Assembly: GCA_963841565.1 (NCBI GenBank)
Contig: CAWJCY010000003.1
Coordinates: forward strand, 1 to 64,000
DNA length: 64,000 bases
Source of the DNA: an uncultured Nitrososphaerales archaeon
GTDB lineage: Archaea; Thermoproteota; Nitrososphaeria; Nitrososphaerales; Nitrososphaeraceae
Direction: 5' to 3'
The translations under genes were made by a program, and so were the position numbers. Shown piece after piece: positions 30,498-42,811 of the stretch. Every line of letters begins with the position of its first letter. Positions within the stretch are counted from its first letter, which is position 1. The notes beneath the pieces are model-generated. The model did no database searches. It was not told where the DNA came from and saw nothing but the letters and a program-made list of their open reading frames with translations.

Positions 30498-31938
30498 TTA
30501 AAGCAGTCTTTTTATCTCTTCCATTGAAGCATTAGTCTTAAAACCAGTAGGTCTAAATGAGGTCCTACTTCCTCTAAATCCTCCTTGAACAATCCTCTCC
30601 AAAATTGAGTTCATTGAAGGAGGGCTTGTCTTCAATGCAGAGCCAACTTCATCAATAGTATAGTAGTAAGGCGGGTCATCGAGCTCCAATCTCAGCTATA
30701 TGGAGCAGCTGAAATATATGACGAAAGTATTTTTGAGACGATACTTGGATTGAGTTATCTGAGCAAGGTAATTGTGATGGTAGTAACGAAGCTTCTGAAT
30801 AGTACCCGGTAAATCTATTATCTCCTGACATAGAACCACCACTGTTATGGTTCTTAGGGTGTAGTACATGCTCATCTCGACTCAAAACATCGTTTCGAGC
30901 ACCATAATTATCTCTGTCAGCGCATAATACATCAGAAATTAGTCGTTTACTAAATATCGGTTTAGTCCATAGAGGGCCGGCAACATTTAATTTTCTTTCA
31001 TTCTTATTTCTGTTATTGCTTTCACAGATACTACACGAAAGTGGTAATTGAAACGTAAGCGGATACTCTCTTCTATCGCCGCAGTTGAAGCAGTGAGTGA
31101 TATAGCCCAAGTTATCAACTAGTTTGTTCGCTTCGTTACTACTCACATGAACTCTTACATACACTCGAGAATAATGACGATGGGAATGAGCAAATACGGG
31201 CTCTATTGAGAGATCCATCCTTCCAGCAATTAACCCAATGAAAGATATCAAAATTCGAATGGCAGTTTCATTTGAATATGTACAGTTTATGGGTCTACTA
31301 AAATACTTTCTGAAACAGACTTTTGGATATTTTCCATAGAGTACTGCAGAATCAGTTGCAGTAACAGAAATGAGTCCACCATCAGTTACTGCCCTGAGTA
31401 GGGAATCCACATATGGTGACGGGCTCCCAAAGGGATCGAGGTCAGCTATTACATATCTTTCTTTCTTATTCGAATTGCGCTCATTTAGAAATACGTGTAC
31501 GTCTTTCTGAGAGTATGAGCACTTATCTTCAACATAGTTAATCTTAGCTGATTCCTTGGCGGCTTTTATGGCAACTGGATTAAGATCATTAAGAATCACC
31601 TTATCTACCAATGGAGTCTCCTTAGCTACTCTAATGGATCTAGCACCGACACCACTGAATGCGTCAGCGAGAGTGATTGGTACCTTCTTGAACTGAAATG
31701 AATTTAGTCTAATAAAAGAAGTGTAGATCAGAATAGATAAGTCTCTGCTAAGCCTTGCAGCAGGGTTGAAAAATGCCGGTGTTCTTGGAGGAACTTTTGA
31801 CCGAAGAGATTCTTTAGGAACAACAAGTGTAGTTCTTCCTTCGTACATTGGAGTGAATTCTTCAGTCAACTGCCGGTCAATATCATGATTATAGTTGTCA
31901 CTTTTGTCAATGAATCGATCAAATTCACCCTCTGACAA
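30498..31938 (-). CDS. trm1: tRNA (guanine-26,N2)-dimethyltransferase Trm1 (frameshift near 30690)
   Basis: FFNP...SRD, AFSGVGARSIR, DLDPFGSP, VTATD, CFNC/CSIC, GPLW; C-terminus GF..SRT.F.PTGFKTNA is in the next frame. Confidence 0.92.
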
Positions 31939-32261
31939 TGTTCTTCAAATTCATCCCTTAACTTTACAATCTAACTCAACACCTGGTATATTACATGTTT
32001 CGAAAAGTTGCAGGTGTTAAACAAACGGGGGTACGTTAGAGTGGGGAGGCTTCACATTTTGACATAGAAACACTGATGGCTTCAACGATACCAGCAAGGA
32101 ACCTTGATGGTCGAACAATCTGCTGTATTATTAATTAATTTGAAATTAGATACGGGTGCAAGGGCATCAACGAGTTTTCATTGTCTAACGAAATAAGGAC
32201 GATGGGCCGTTTGGATGAAAACTATAAGTAAGAAGGTGCTTTTTTCTACTCACAATAACAA

Positions 32262-33077
32262 GTGAATATGCAAGTTAAAGGCTCAGTAGTGGATAGGCAT
32301 TATCATTATCATTTAGGATTGAAGGTTGATCAGATCTTAAAGCTGGGTGCATTTCCATCGCAATTAGGAAATTCGACTAACAGAATCCTTGGAGGTGTAG
32401 ATGAAGCTGGGAGAGGCGCAGTAATTGGTCCAATGGTTGTTGCGGGCGTATGTTTTAGAGAAAAAGATATGCGTGAGTTGGAACGAATTGGAGTTAGGGA
32501 TTCAAAAGAGCTTTCCAGGAAGGAGAGAGCCGAAAAATATGGGCAGGTTGTCGGAATAGCAAAATCTATCTGCATTTGTGTAGTACAGACTACCGAGATA
32601 GATGATCATGTTTCTTTTAATAGACTAAACCATCTGGAAGCCTTGGCCATGGCGCAGGTTATCGATAACATGAATGCAGATAGCGTATTTGTAGATTGTT
32701 GCGATGTGAATCAAGAAAAATTTAAAGCCAATATTCTGAGCAATCTCAAGAGAAGAATTCGAATAAGAAAGGGAAAGCTAGATATTTTTTCATTCCATCA
32801 TGCAGATAGTTTGCATCTGGCCGTTTCAGCTGCTTCAATAGTTGCTAAGGTGATCCGAGAAGAAGAGCTTGGTAATATTAAGAGGGTACATCAAGGTATC
32901 GGTAGTGGATACCCTTCCGATAAGAAGACGGCTGGTTTCATTAAATCCTGGATTAATGAAGCTGGAGTGCCTCCGCCATTTGTAAGAAATTCTTGGTTGC
33001 CTGTGAAGAGGTTACTCAGGGAACGACAGCAAAGACAACTTGTACTAAGCTTCGAGTCTCAGAAATTAGACGAATAA
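32262..33077 (+). CDS. rnhB: Ribonuclease HII (true start likely further downstream)
   Basis: GVDEAGRG.VIGP, GVRDSK, AVSAASIVAKV.R, GSGYPSD. Confidence 0.95.
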   Translation: MNMQVKGSVVDRHYHYHLGLKVDQILKLGAFPSQLGNSTNRILGGVDEAGRGAVIGPMVVAGVCFREKDMRELERIGVRDSKELSRKERAEKYGQVVGIAKSICICVVQTTEIDDHVSFNRLNHLEALAMAQVIDNMNADSVFVDCCDVNQEKFKANILSNLKRRIRIRKGKLDIFSFHHADSLHLAVSAASIVAKVIREEELGNIKRVHQGIGSGYPSDKKTAGFIKSWINEAGVPPPFVRNSWLPVKRLLRERQQRQLVLSFESQKLDE

Positions 33078-33140
33078 TTAATGGTGCTGAAGAAAGAAAA
33101 TTTCATCTATCATAGTTCAATCTTCCTGCGATGACGCACT

Positions 33141-33821
33141 CTACTTCGAGTACACAGCATAAATCATTCCATGGTCCTTATCAAAGGGCTCAAGGTCAAT
33201 GATCTGCTGTATGCTGAACCCATTTGATTCAAGTTTCTTTGCCTCTTCCTTTATCACTACTCTTGGGTCTTTGACCACATCTATGCTCCTAGACTTTACA
33301 ACCAGTAGTAACACTCCTCCTTTTTCCAGATATATCTTGCAGTTCTCGATGGCAATATCAGTCTGATCGGGTTGGGCTATATCGCAGTATACCGTTTGTA
33401 CGGTCCCAAATATGGAATAGTACGATTTTGGCCTACGACCATCTTCAACAATTGGAATTATATTATATCTCCGCGTTGCCACGTTTTCTAACAGCTCCCG
33501 TGCAACCCTAACAGCAGGCTCTATTGCGAATACGATGCCTTCATTTCCGATAATATCAGATATATGACTTACAGTAGTACCTGTTGACGCGCCTAGATAT
33601 AATACCCTAGAACCAACTCTGAAGGGAAAATACTGCAATCCTTTTTGGATGGCAGCAGCTAACTTGCTCCTGTACACATCCCATTGTCTGAATTCAATAT
33701 GATTATCCTGTATGAGTCGCTCCCCGTATACATTGTTCCCTTTATCTAAATTCGGTGTGGCTAGACACTTTTGCCCATCAACATATATCCATATCTTACC
33801 GTTACTGACCAAGTTACCCAA
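33141..33821 (-). CDS. flpA: Fibrillarin-like rRNA/tRNA 2'-O-methyltransferase
   Basis: VYGE, RSKLAA, VLYLGASTGTTVSH, DIAQPDQ, LEPFDKDH. Confidence 0.96.
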   Translation of the reverse strand: MGNLVSNGKIWIYVDGQKCLATPNLDKGNNVYGERLIQDNHIEFRQWDVYRSKLAAAIQKGLQYFPFRVGSRVLYLGASTGTTVSHISDIIGNEGIVFAIEPAVRVARELLENVATRRYNIIPIVEDGRRPKSYYSIFGTVQTVYCDIAQPDQTDIAIENCKIYLEKGGVLLLVVKSRSIDVVKDPRVVIKEEAKKLESNGFSIQQIIDLEPFDKDHGMIYAVYSK

Positions 33822-33893
33822 ACTCCTTTGTCAAGTTATTTTGAATAACTTGTGCACTAATTTGGAAATAGTCCGAATCTATTTGAAACATTT

Positions 33894-35210
33894 TTAGCTC
33901 TGCCTCCTCTTTTTTTTCTTATTACTTCTAAATTTTGTTCCCCCGCCATAGCCTCTAACTCTATCCTCTGAATATCTACCTCTTCCTCTTCCTCCTCCTC
34001 CTCTTCCTCTAGGTCCTGGCCCGGACCTGTCAAAGGGTCGGTTTCTAAAGCTTCGATTAGGTCGTTCTGGAGGCGGCTGACTATATTTCTGTTGAATTTC
34101 ATTTATTCTAAGTTTTAATTTGTCAGAAAGAGAGAGGTCTTTTTCACCTTTTCTGTATAGGTCGATCCTGGCAGCAATCGAGGCTTTGGAGGCTACAGAT
34201 CTTGCTATTTTTCCTCTCTGCCACCTTGGAGCAGAATGGATAAGTGGGTGCTGAAAGAGAATACCATGCTTAGGGGTACTAGCTCCTGTTTTTAAAGATC
34301 TAAACAAGGCCTTTTCTGCACCTAAAACTTGAACAGTGCTGGACGAAAGGTACGCAAACTTTTCCAGACTTCCTGCTTTGGCTATCATCCTAGCTCCAAC
34401 TAAAGGACTTAAGAGTTCCTTTGTATTTGGCGCAATTAGCTCCATCGTGCTTTCGATGTGATCTGCGATGATTCTTCTAAGCTCTGTCTGAAGAATCACT
34501 TGGTAGGCAAGCTGTTTTATAATTGCCAGGTTCTCCGAGGTGATATCTCCACCCCTGCTCCTCTGAGCTGCTTGAAGTATAATCTGCGTCCGCTTTTCAT
34601 CCAATCCCAGTCTTTCAAGCAATTCTCCAGTTATACCAGCCCTAAATCCTGCTTCTCTAACTATATTTGCGTATAGGGATAGGCTCTGGATCAAGTTATC
34701 GAGCTCAGGAAAATGCAGACCATACCATTCCCTCATTCTTGTCCCGATCGTGTTGATAATCTTGTCAAGCTCATCCAATGCGCTGACAGCTTGTATGACA
34801 TGCAAGTCAAGCTGCTCTGATGATTCCTTTATTTTAGAGGAGGAGAGATCTATTGCGAATTTGCGGAGCTCGCGCTGCGCCTGCGTCTCATTGGAGACAA
34901 ATTCCGCCTTTTCTAGAATAGATTTCTTTTGCAAAAGCAATACCCTAAGTTCTTCATCGTTCATCAAGGTGCTACTAATGCCATTCTGCTGTAGAACGAA
35001 ATTTAGGTTCTGGTCGTTAGATCTCACGTCTGAGTAATTTCCAATCTTTGCAATAATCTGTCCTAGACCAGTAAACCTGCCACCATTCTTAATTAAACGA
35101 TAAGATTCGATTGGATTCGTGAATTTAGTTGAACCTGATACATTTTCATTTTCATCTAAGAGGATGATTCCAAGTTCGCACAATACAACCGAACATTTAC
35201 CATCCGACAT
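33894..35210 (-). CDS. nop5: C/D box RNP core protein Nop5 (Nop56/58)
   Basis: REWYGLHFPEL, APN, VQVLGAEKALFR, PKHG..FQHP, RGKIAR; RGG/K-rich tail. Confidence 0.96.
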   Translation of the reverse strand: MSDGKCSVVLCELGIILLDENENVSGSTKFTNPIESYRLIKNGGRFTGLGQIIAKIGNYSDVRSNDQNLNFVLQQNGISSTLMNDEELRVLLLQKKSILEKAEFVSNETQAQRELRKFAIDLSSSKIKESSEQLDLHVIQAVSALDELDKIINTIGTRMREWYGLHFPELDNLIQSLSLYANIVREAGFRAGITGELLERLGLDEKRTQIILQAAQRSRGGDITSENLAIIKQLAYQVILQTELRRIIADHIESTMELIAPNTKELLSPLVGARMIAKAGSLEKFAYLSSSTVQVLGAEKALFRSLKTGASTPKHGILFQHPLIHSAPRWQRGKIARSVASKASIAARIDLYRKGEKDLSLSDKLKLRINEIQQKYSQPPPERPNRSFRNRPFDRSGPGPRGRGGGGRGRGRYSEDRVRGYGGGTKFRSNKKKKRRQS

Positions 35211-35567
35211 TATCTATCTACAATAAATGAGAGGTACTTGAGGCTATTAAAAACATATCACAGGATGTTAATCATCAAATTCACAATGCTCACGTAAGCA
35301 GAATCTCCATGCAACTTATTTGGAGAAAATTTGCGATCGGGAATCAATAACTGAATTTTGAAAGAAGCGCGTTGCCACAGGAATTTTGTTCACCTGGCAA
35401 ATTAATTAATTTGTCTCTCTATTATCGACTACATTAGCAGAAGAGTGTCCTTACCCTACTTTTACATTTCACTTCGCTTCCACAATTGACTCCAAGTCAT
35501 CGTATTAAACCAACCAGTAACGTGGCAATGCTCACATACGGATTATTCAGCACATGTTGGTCAAGTC

Positions 35568-35876
35568 TCATATGCCAAGTAGGGAATCGTTCTTAATCTT
35601 GATTATTGAGGCCTTGTTCATCTGAGTTAGCATGGTTCTTAGGGATTCCCTCACTCTAGCTTCCTTATCGCTAGAGATCGAGAGTACCTCATAAACCAAA
35701 TCTTGGAAAGATATCCCGTTACACATATTCCAAAGGGAGACGGCTGTGTCACTAACCCGAAATCCTTCACCCTTGAAATTTATCAAGAGTGGTCTTCCGT
35801 CCAAATCGTTACTCGCAAAACCCCTTCGCAATATTATAGAATCTGAATCAATTTTTCTATCCCTCAGCCTCAACAA
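35568..35876 (-). CDS. Stand-alone PqqD-like / RRE-like small protein
   Basis: Beta-strand start then F.VSDTAVSLWNMCNG.SF.DL...V...L..M....II, resembling the PqqD pattern. Confidence 0.55.
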   Translation of the reverse strand: MLRLRDRKIDSDSIILRRGFASNDLDGRPLLINFKGEGFRVSDTAVSLWNMCNGISFQDLVYEVLSISSDKEARVRESLRTMLTQMNKASIIKIKNDSLLGI

Positions 35877-36185
35877 TTCGGACCGGCATCTATTCTTTGT
35901 CAGAAAGTTATTTAATCATTTGTAGATCAATGACCATTAACTAATTACTTGAATATGGTTAAACGAGATAATATTCATCTTTCATTTCAGTGTCGTCACT
36001 ATAATTGCATCATCCAAATCCATCTTTATTGTTATGAACACCTTCTTAACTTCACCACTTCTTGTACTGCTGCCTTAACCCAGAGAGTTCCTTATCTATC
36101 GTTGCCAAAAAAATGCTATATCCGCTAATAGACAAATCCGATAATGCTTAAATTTAGTTGGAGGGATCGTTAAGAGTAAGATTAG

Positions 36186-36656
36186 TTGTCATTTTTCAAG
36201 AGGTTATTGAATCAAAACGATAGCAAGAACCAAGGCCAAATTTCCCCAAAGGAGGAAAAGAAACCACCAAAAGTAAATCGCACGATAATTCTGACTCGGG
36301 AAACGGCAGACGGTATCATAACATTTGCAAAGAGCTGGCATCCTAATGAAGGAATATTAATACTCAGAGGGCAACATAAACACAGGAAGGGCGAGGTACA
36401 CATTGACGGGTTAGTCGTGCCTCCTTTTGCCTCGCATGGGCCATACTACTCAGGTTTCCCAAGTTACGACTTACCCTTTGACCTTTCATATGTCGGTACG
36501 GCTCACTCACATCCTGGAGGATCGAATCGTCCATCATTGCAGGACTTGAACAATTTCTTTGGATTGGTCTCAATAATCATTAGTTTCCCTTATGATGAGA
36601 ATTGCATTGGGGCATTTGATCGAAATGGAAAATCGATTCCGTTTGCTATAGTGTAA
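36186..36656 (+). CDS. JAB1/MPN/Mov34 (JAMM) metalloprotease
   Basis: HPNE..L, GTAHSHPGGSNRPSLQD JAMM motif. Confidence 0.9.
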   Translation: MSFFKRLLNQNDSKNQGQISPKEEKKPPKVNRTIILTRETADGIITFAKSWHPNEGILILRGQHKHRKGEVHIDGLVVPPFASHGPYYSGFPSYDLPFDLSYVGTAHSHPGGSNRPSLQDLNNFFGLVSIIISFPYDENCIGAFDRNGKSIPFAIV

Positions 36657-36817
36657 CACTTCTCAAGTCCAATTGCAATGCTAGCAACTGGATATCTATA
36701 GACCACTCTGGTCTAGAATATTTATTGATCCTAACTACCTTTTCATTCATATTCTGTCATTTTATTTAATATTATCTCATGCCGTTCGCGTTCGCCCTTC
36801 TGCGATTATTTTAACTC

Positions 36818-38256
36818 CTAGGAAAATCTCACTTTTGACTGGGTACCCGATCCTCTAGGATTGGTAACCGATTCAATAGCACTTCCAATCAGCGCAAATG
36901 ATATGCCTGCCGCAGCTATCATAATGCCAGGCGGTAGTATCCACCACCAGAGACCTCGGGCAGCCGCTGAAGCAGTATTTGCGTCATGAAGAATGCTTCC
37001 CCAGGTCGGGATCGAAGGATCACCTAGACCTATAAAACTCAACGTTGCTTCAGTTAATATCGCTGCAGGTACTGCTAAGGCGATGCTTGCAAACGTAAGT
37101 GGTAGGAGCTGAGGCAAAATATGCCGCAGAATGATCCTAATATCTTTCTCGCCCATGAGCTTCGAGGCTTCAACATATTGAAGATTCTTTATCTGTAATG
37201 CAAGGCTCCTTGCGACTCTTGCAATGCCACTCCATCCAAAGATGACGAGGAAAAGGGTTATGAGGTAAATACTGCTGCCAATAGTGATAGAAAGGATAAT
37301 AAGGAAAACGAATGTAGGGAGGGAAATCACGAGGTCGTTGACCCTCATCAAAGCCTCATCAAACCTTCCTCCTTTATAGCCAGCTAGGAGGCCATACAAC
37401 ATGCCAATAATAACTGAAGAGATAGCAGCTGTTAAACCTACAAATAATGCTACAGGGGCCCCCCAGAAAATACCTATACTCAAGTCTCTACGTAAATCAT
37501 CAGTCCCCATTAGACCGTACACCTTACCGCCTAGGATTACTTTTGTATTCTCTACTTTATCCTCCGCACCAAAAAGGTAGTACGTAATATTAAATAGGTA
37601 TTGTCCCTTAAGTACCGCCTCTTCGTCAAGCCTAGAAAATATCATCTTTTGAGGTGAAGATAGGTCAGGACTATAATCGAAAAGTCCGGTGTATGCTTGT
37701 AAATTGTCTCTTATTGATCCATCAGTAGAGAAGATCCTAGAGCAGTATTCATTTAGGTTAGATGTGCTTTCCGATGATATTGCGCTTGATGGAAGTGGAG
37801 AATTGTATATCATGAAGCTCTCGCCATCCGGCCTGGTGACATCAACCTGGATTACTGGAGGGATGTCACCATATCTTAAGCAATAATCAATGATGAAATC
37901 TGTGGGAAACGAATTGTAATTAAAGTCAATATCAAATAAGAACGAATTGGTCGGAATGCCCCCAAATGAACTATTCTGTGTTTCTTGCATCGCTAGGTCC
38001 GAAGATCATGTGGTTAGGAAGATTATTTTCTGGAAGCAGCCAATTTACCCATGCAGGTGCGGCAGATTTCGGATAGTCTATCCAAAACCCGGGATTGTTC
38101 CACTGACCAGAGGATTCAAGCGGCACTGCTACGAATGCATAGATAGTCATTGCGGTCAACATCACCTAAAATGAAAAAGCCCCCAATGGCGGCCTTGGTA
38201 TGCAGGATCCGACGAATTAATAGATTGAAATTGCTTGCAGATTCCGAGGCTTTCAC
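36818..38256 (-). CDS. Oligopeptide/dipeptide ABC permease DppC-like (frameshifted)
   Basis: GLMGTDDLRRD, YVEASKLMG EAA loop, EATLSFIGLG...TWG; N-terminus in other frames, GTG start overlaps the upstream stop. Confidence 0.85.
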
Positions 38257-39305
38257 GAAGACACCTTAACTCTTGGATCGAAATATGCATAGAGGAGATC
38301 GGCTATCAACATTGTCATTACATACATTAATGTAAACACATATGTGCTTCCCAAAATTACAGGAATGTCCAATACAATTATTGCATCATAAAGTAGCTTT
38401 CCGACCCCAGGCCAGTCAAATACTGCTTCCACGATAAAACTGCCACTTATCGAGGCAATTAGCGCAGTGACTATCCCAGTCAAGATAGGAGGGGCTGCAT
38501 TTTTGAGCGCATGAGAGTATAATATTTTCCGTTTTGGAATTCCCATCACCCTTTTTGCTTGAATATAGTCTTCATCCAAAACACGGGAAATAAAGTAGCG
38601 GACGACAAATGACCAAACTGCAAAGCTCAAGATAACCAGTGTAATCAACGGTAACATCATATGGTACAGACAGATCCAAAACGTAAAAAGGTTCTCCAGG
38701 TGAGGTCAACGGAGTAGAACGAGCAGGAAAGATACCAAGCGAAAATGAAAAAAGCAGTATCATCAACATACCTACCCAAAATGTCGCAAAGCTATTGCTA
38801 ACAACAGCAACAAATGAAATCCCTTTGTCGAGAGATCGAACCCCTTTTCTCTGCCATATAAGTTCCCAAAAACAGACCAATGATGACTACCACCACTGTT
38901 GATGTAGTAAAGAGCAATACCGTCTTAGGCACCTTCTCTATGATAATGTCGCTGACATTCGAAGAGCCGCTATCTGATGTAAAGAAATTAGACCGGCCTA
39001 AATCAAGCGTGAGTATATCAAAAAGTGTATTTACGAATCTCTTGGGTGAGTGCCATGGTTCGTCCAGTCCGAGATCTTTAGTTTTAGATCAACTTGTTCA
39101 TCGACGTAGGCCTGGCGTTGAGAAAGGGTTCTAAATTGGACATTATCTTGAGCAGATGCTTCCACCACCTCGGCTCTAGTCCTATCCAGTCAACAACCTT
39201 GTCCAGGGTTGAACCAAATAGAATCAGAGAGATAATCAAGGTAATAACAACAACTAGAATCCTGTAAGCAGTTGTTTTGGCAACATAAAAGAGAAAATCT
39301 GTCAT
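38253..39305 (-). CDS. Oligopeptide/dipeptide ABC permease DppB-like (several frameshifts)
   Basis: EDYIQAKRVMG...HALKNA, IVEAVFDWPGVG, YAYFDPRVK; N-terminal pieces lie in different frames. Confidence 0.8.
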
Positions 39306-39535
39306 CCACGAAACATCTGGCTAACTGGAGTTGATGCGTCATCTATAAATGATGTAGCTGGTCTGGTCGAAGGTGTGGCCACCTAGTCTCTGAATAGTTT
39401 TCGGTTCCAAAAAAATTCTGTCGACATTTTATTAATATCCAAACTAATCATTCTGATGTTTTATACTCAAGAAATAGGAAAAGACCGTGCATTGCCATGT
39501 AATGTACCTAACTTGCAATAATTGCAATCCGATTA

Positions 39536-41995
39536 CTACCCCTGCTGCTGTTGTTGTCTAGGACCGGACAACGGATTTACAGCTATTAGTGTTGTAGTTT
39601 GAATATCAGGTCTATATGCGGAATCACTTACCGCGAAAATCTTCATTATGCTCGGGCCAGTTTGTAAAAGGGCCGTTTTGTTCGTTGGTATCTCTATTGA
39701 ATATTTGCCATTGCCGTCTGAAACTGAGGTATTGCCTGAAATTACAGTTCTTCCATCCTTGTCGGAGACAAAGTAAAATACAGAGGCATTTTCAGCCGGT
39801 CTACCTTCTATGCTAACTGTTACATTTGCCTTGAGCGGACTCTGTCCAGCGATTATGGTTCTCGGTGCGGACTACCTTATCGATCGACGCGATCTTGGGT
39901 GTCTGGTACTGTGACCAATGGCCTTTCTCAAATGGATATGAACTGTCTCTAAAGGCCTTGAGAGTTATGACTCTCCCTTCAGGATTGTATGAGTCCAAAT
40001 AGAAAGGGCCATTACCTATAATCGCATGCTTGTGGGTATCAATCCACTTGATACTCGCATCATACCTTTTGATAGCCTCCTCAGGGGTTACAAAATCTCG
40101 GAGTGACACAGGGACAAATCCCTCAGCTTATCATATTTGCCAACTCATTTCTTATCATAGCTGCATGAGAGGGAACTATCAATGAGAGCCAAGGCACGTT
40201 TTTAGACGAAGCTTCACCCTTTGAAAAAGCAGCTTTCCCCGATGTAACGAGCCTCTCGCTTGCGGCAGTTATTTCCCAAGGCTCTCCTGCCCAGACCCCC
40301 GCTGTCCCGGCTAATTCCTTGTCGTCAAAATGCCACTGGTCTACATAGGATTCTACCGTCTGATTATCGATGAATCTTATCCCTTTTATTAGAGGAAGAC
40401 CAGGCTCCACGCCAGCCATATATTCCGGATCGTTCGTTAAATCAGCAGGATCGCCGGTATCCATCCCCCACTCAAAGACAAAATATTGAGGGTATAATAG
40501 GTCTGCAGGGGTCATCGGAATCCCGTTGTGCCAGTTCGAATAAAGGGTATCGTATTTGACAGCTGTAAACGCAGTGTTATTCTTTCCCGGACCTGTCCAT
40601 TGCTGTGAAATTGGATCCCAATTCATCGAATTATTGGGGACAACAAGTTTTTCCAGTGGTCCTTTTGTTGTTATATTGATCCAAGGAGTCCTCATTGGTA
40701 TTACCTCTCCAGTATATGGATCCCGAAAGGTACCAGGATCGGATAAAGCTGAAGAAATGTCTCTGCAATACTGGTCCGAGCAACCACCAACTCCATTCCA
40801 TGCCCCTTGGTAAATCTGCTTAACGCCAATGTCAAGGGTGTTTGAAGGATCTTGAGTTCGTGCATTTATCAGCGAAAATTTACTAGAAATTCCTGCGCCA
40901 AAATCATTTACAAGACCTGTAAGACCAGACGATGCTACGTATGGATCGACTAATTGTGCAATAAAAACTCTAACTGCCTCCTGTACTCCTAAGTCTGTGG
41001 CATTTCTAACAAGTGAATTTCTCTCTTTTTCGGAAGTAAAATTAAGGAACTGAATTCTTTGCGTTATCTTGTCTATGGTATCATTTTCATAATTCCAAAA
41101 TGCGGGGTTTTGTTGGCCCGGCATATTTCCGAAATATGGGGCGTACATTTGTGAGGGAATCACTGGGTTGTATTTCACAAAACCGCCAGTGCCACCAAAA
41201 GCCTCAGTATATATGTTCCATCCAAGATCTTGAGGATTAGAGCCGTAAACTACTGTATTCGCTTTGTTCAAGTCACCATAGTTCCTCTTCACGGTAAATC
41301 CTGCCTTTTCTATCTCTGAAGCTACTAGCTCTCCAACCGATCTTAGAGGCTGATTGTCACTTCTCATCAGTATTGAAATGGTCACTGGCTTCCCATTAAA
41401 CATCCATTTTCCATTTTCTTTCTGGGCACCAGCTTTATTCATTGCGGCTGTTATAATTTGGTCAGCGAGTCTAGGGTTATACCCTAGTCCGGAAGACTCG
41501 ACTGAATCAATTACATTGAAATACTCAGGTGAAAAGATCCCGTAAGGACCCACAAGAGGCGTACCCAATCCTTTTAGGATTTCATCTACAACAAACTCTC
41601 TGTCTACTAAATAGTTCATTGCGTACCTCACTTCCCTTAATGAAAAGGGATTCAGCGAGCTAGAATCATTTGATGGTGCAGGATTCAGTAGCAGGCCAAA
41701 TGATCCGGAAAGTTTGTCATACTCCTTTAGATTCGGAATATTTTTAATTTCAGTGGCTGCTTCTAGCGGTATTCTAAAATAGTATGTATCCAGATTTCCT
41801 GATTTCAATTCCTCCAAAGCCACATTATCGTCTAGATATTGAATGAATCTCACACTGTCGATATATGCTCCCTGTGCCATTGCTCTGCGCAGCAGCACTA
41901 ACTAGAGAAGGGGCAAAAAGAATAAGAAATAGTATGGCAAGAATGGGCAGAACTAGAATTGGTATTGGTATTGGTGTTGAAATCCTGTCTTTCAT
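39536..41995 (-). CDS. Family 5 extracellular solute-binding protein of the peptide ABC transporter (several frameshifts)
   Basis: Signal peptide from ATG 41995; NPFSLREVRYAMNYLVDR, WHNG.PMT.AD, IGNGPFYLDSY; C-terminal frame ends at TAG 39536. Confidence 0.85.
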
Positions 41996-42106
41996 CACAC
42001 GTTACCCCATTTCACTTAGTGGCAAAAAACTGGGTTCCATTCTTTTTTCAATTTTCTGTAATTACATCATCATATAATAAGTGGGGAGTGTTAGTGAGTT
42101 CTAAAA

Positions 42107-42496
42107 CTAATAGGTAAATTTCCCCAGACGTCGTCGGTTTTCAAAATAGCTAGCATTTCCGAAAGGATTTACATGGTTACTTGATAAATATTTTCTAATG
42201 TCTGAGGCTATCGTAGTTTGGTCAGTAGCTATGCGTCGCGCGTAGCTTCCAGGAAATAGATTGGGAGAATCTATTTTATGCCTACCAGCCCTCTCCTCAC
42301 CCTCAATGCGCTGAGCTTCAACATGATCCGTGCTATTTGAGCTTGTATTTTCAGACGAATTTGCATTGGTTACAGGACTAGGATATCCATCGAAATCAAG
42401 AAATGACGGGTCTTGCTGGTCAATAGATTCAGAATGTGGTATCCTATTTCCGTAGGCGGGGGGAATTCTGCGACGAATAATTTCATCTGGGATCAT
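42107..42496 (-). CDS. Hypothetical protein
   Basis: 129-aa ORF, largely disordered composition. Confidence 0.4.
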   Translation of the reverse strand: MIPDEIIRRRIPPAYGNRIPHSESIDQQDPSFLDFDGYPSPVTNANSSENTSSNSTDHVEAQRIEGEERAGRHKIDSPNLFPGSYARRIATDQTTIASDIRKYLSSNHVNPFGNASYFENRRRLGKFTY

Positions 42497-42811
42497 TACA
42501 AATAGCTACGCACTGGGGCGGTATTAATTTGTACTGCAAATATCGCTATCCGGTGGTGAAGTGTTTGATTTTCATGTTAGTTTGATATGTAGTGTTTGAT
42601 TGGATTGACTAAATTGTCATGATTTAATACATTTTCCATAAAATATAGAAACAATATTAATTCATAGTAAAAACATTATGCGTTTTAAATCATAGTTGTA
42701 AGAATTTCAAATCTGGGTCGTGAATCCTTGTCCAATAGGATTAACTTTATATACTAGAATAAAACATTTATACTAGATGCGATATTCTGACAATTTTTCT
42801 GGTGAAAAACC

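Noticed and set aside
33857-34102. Poly-Glu ORF
   Set aside because: Alternative frame of the Nop5 RGG-rich tail
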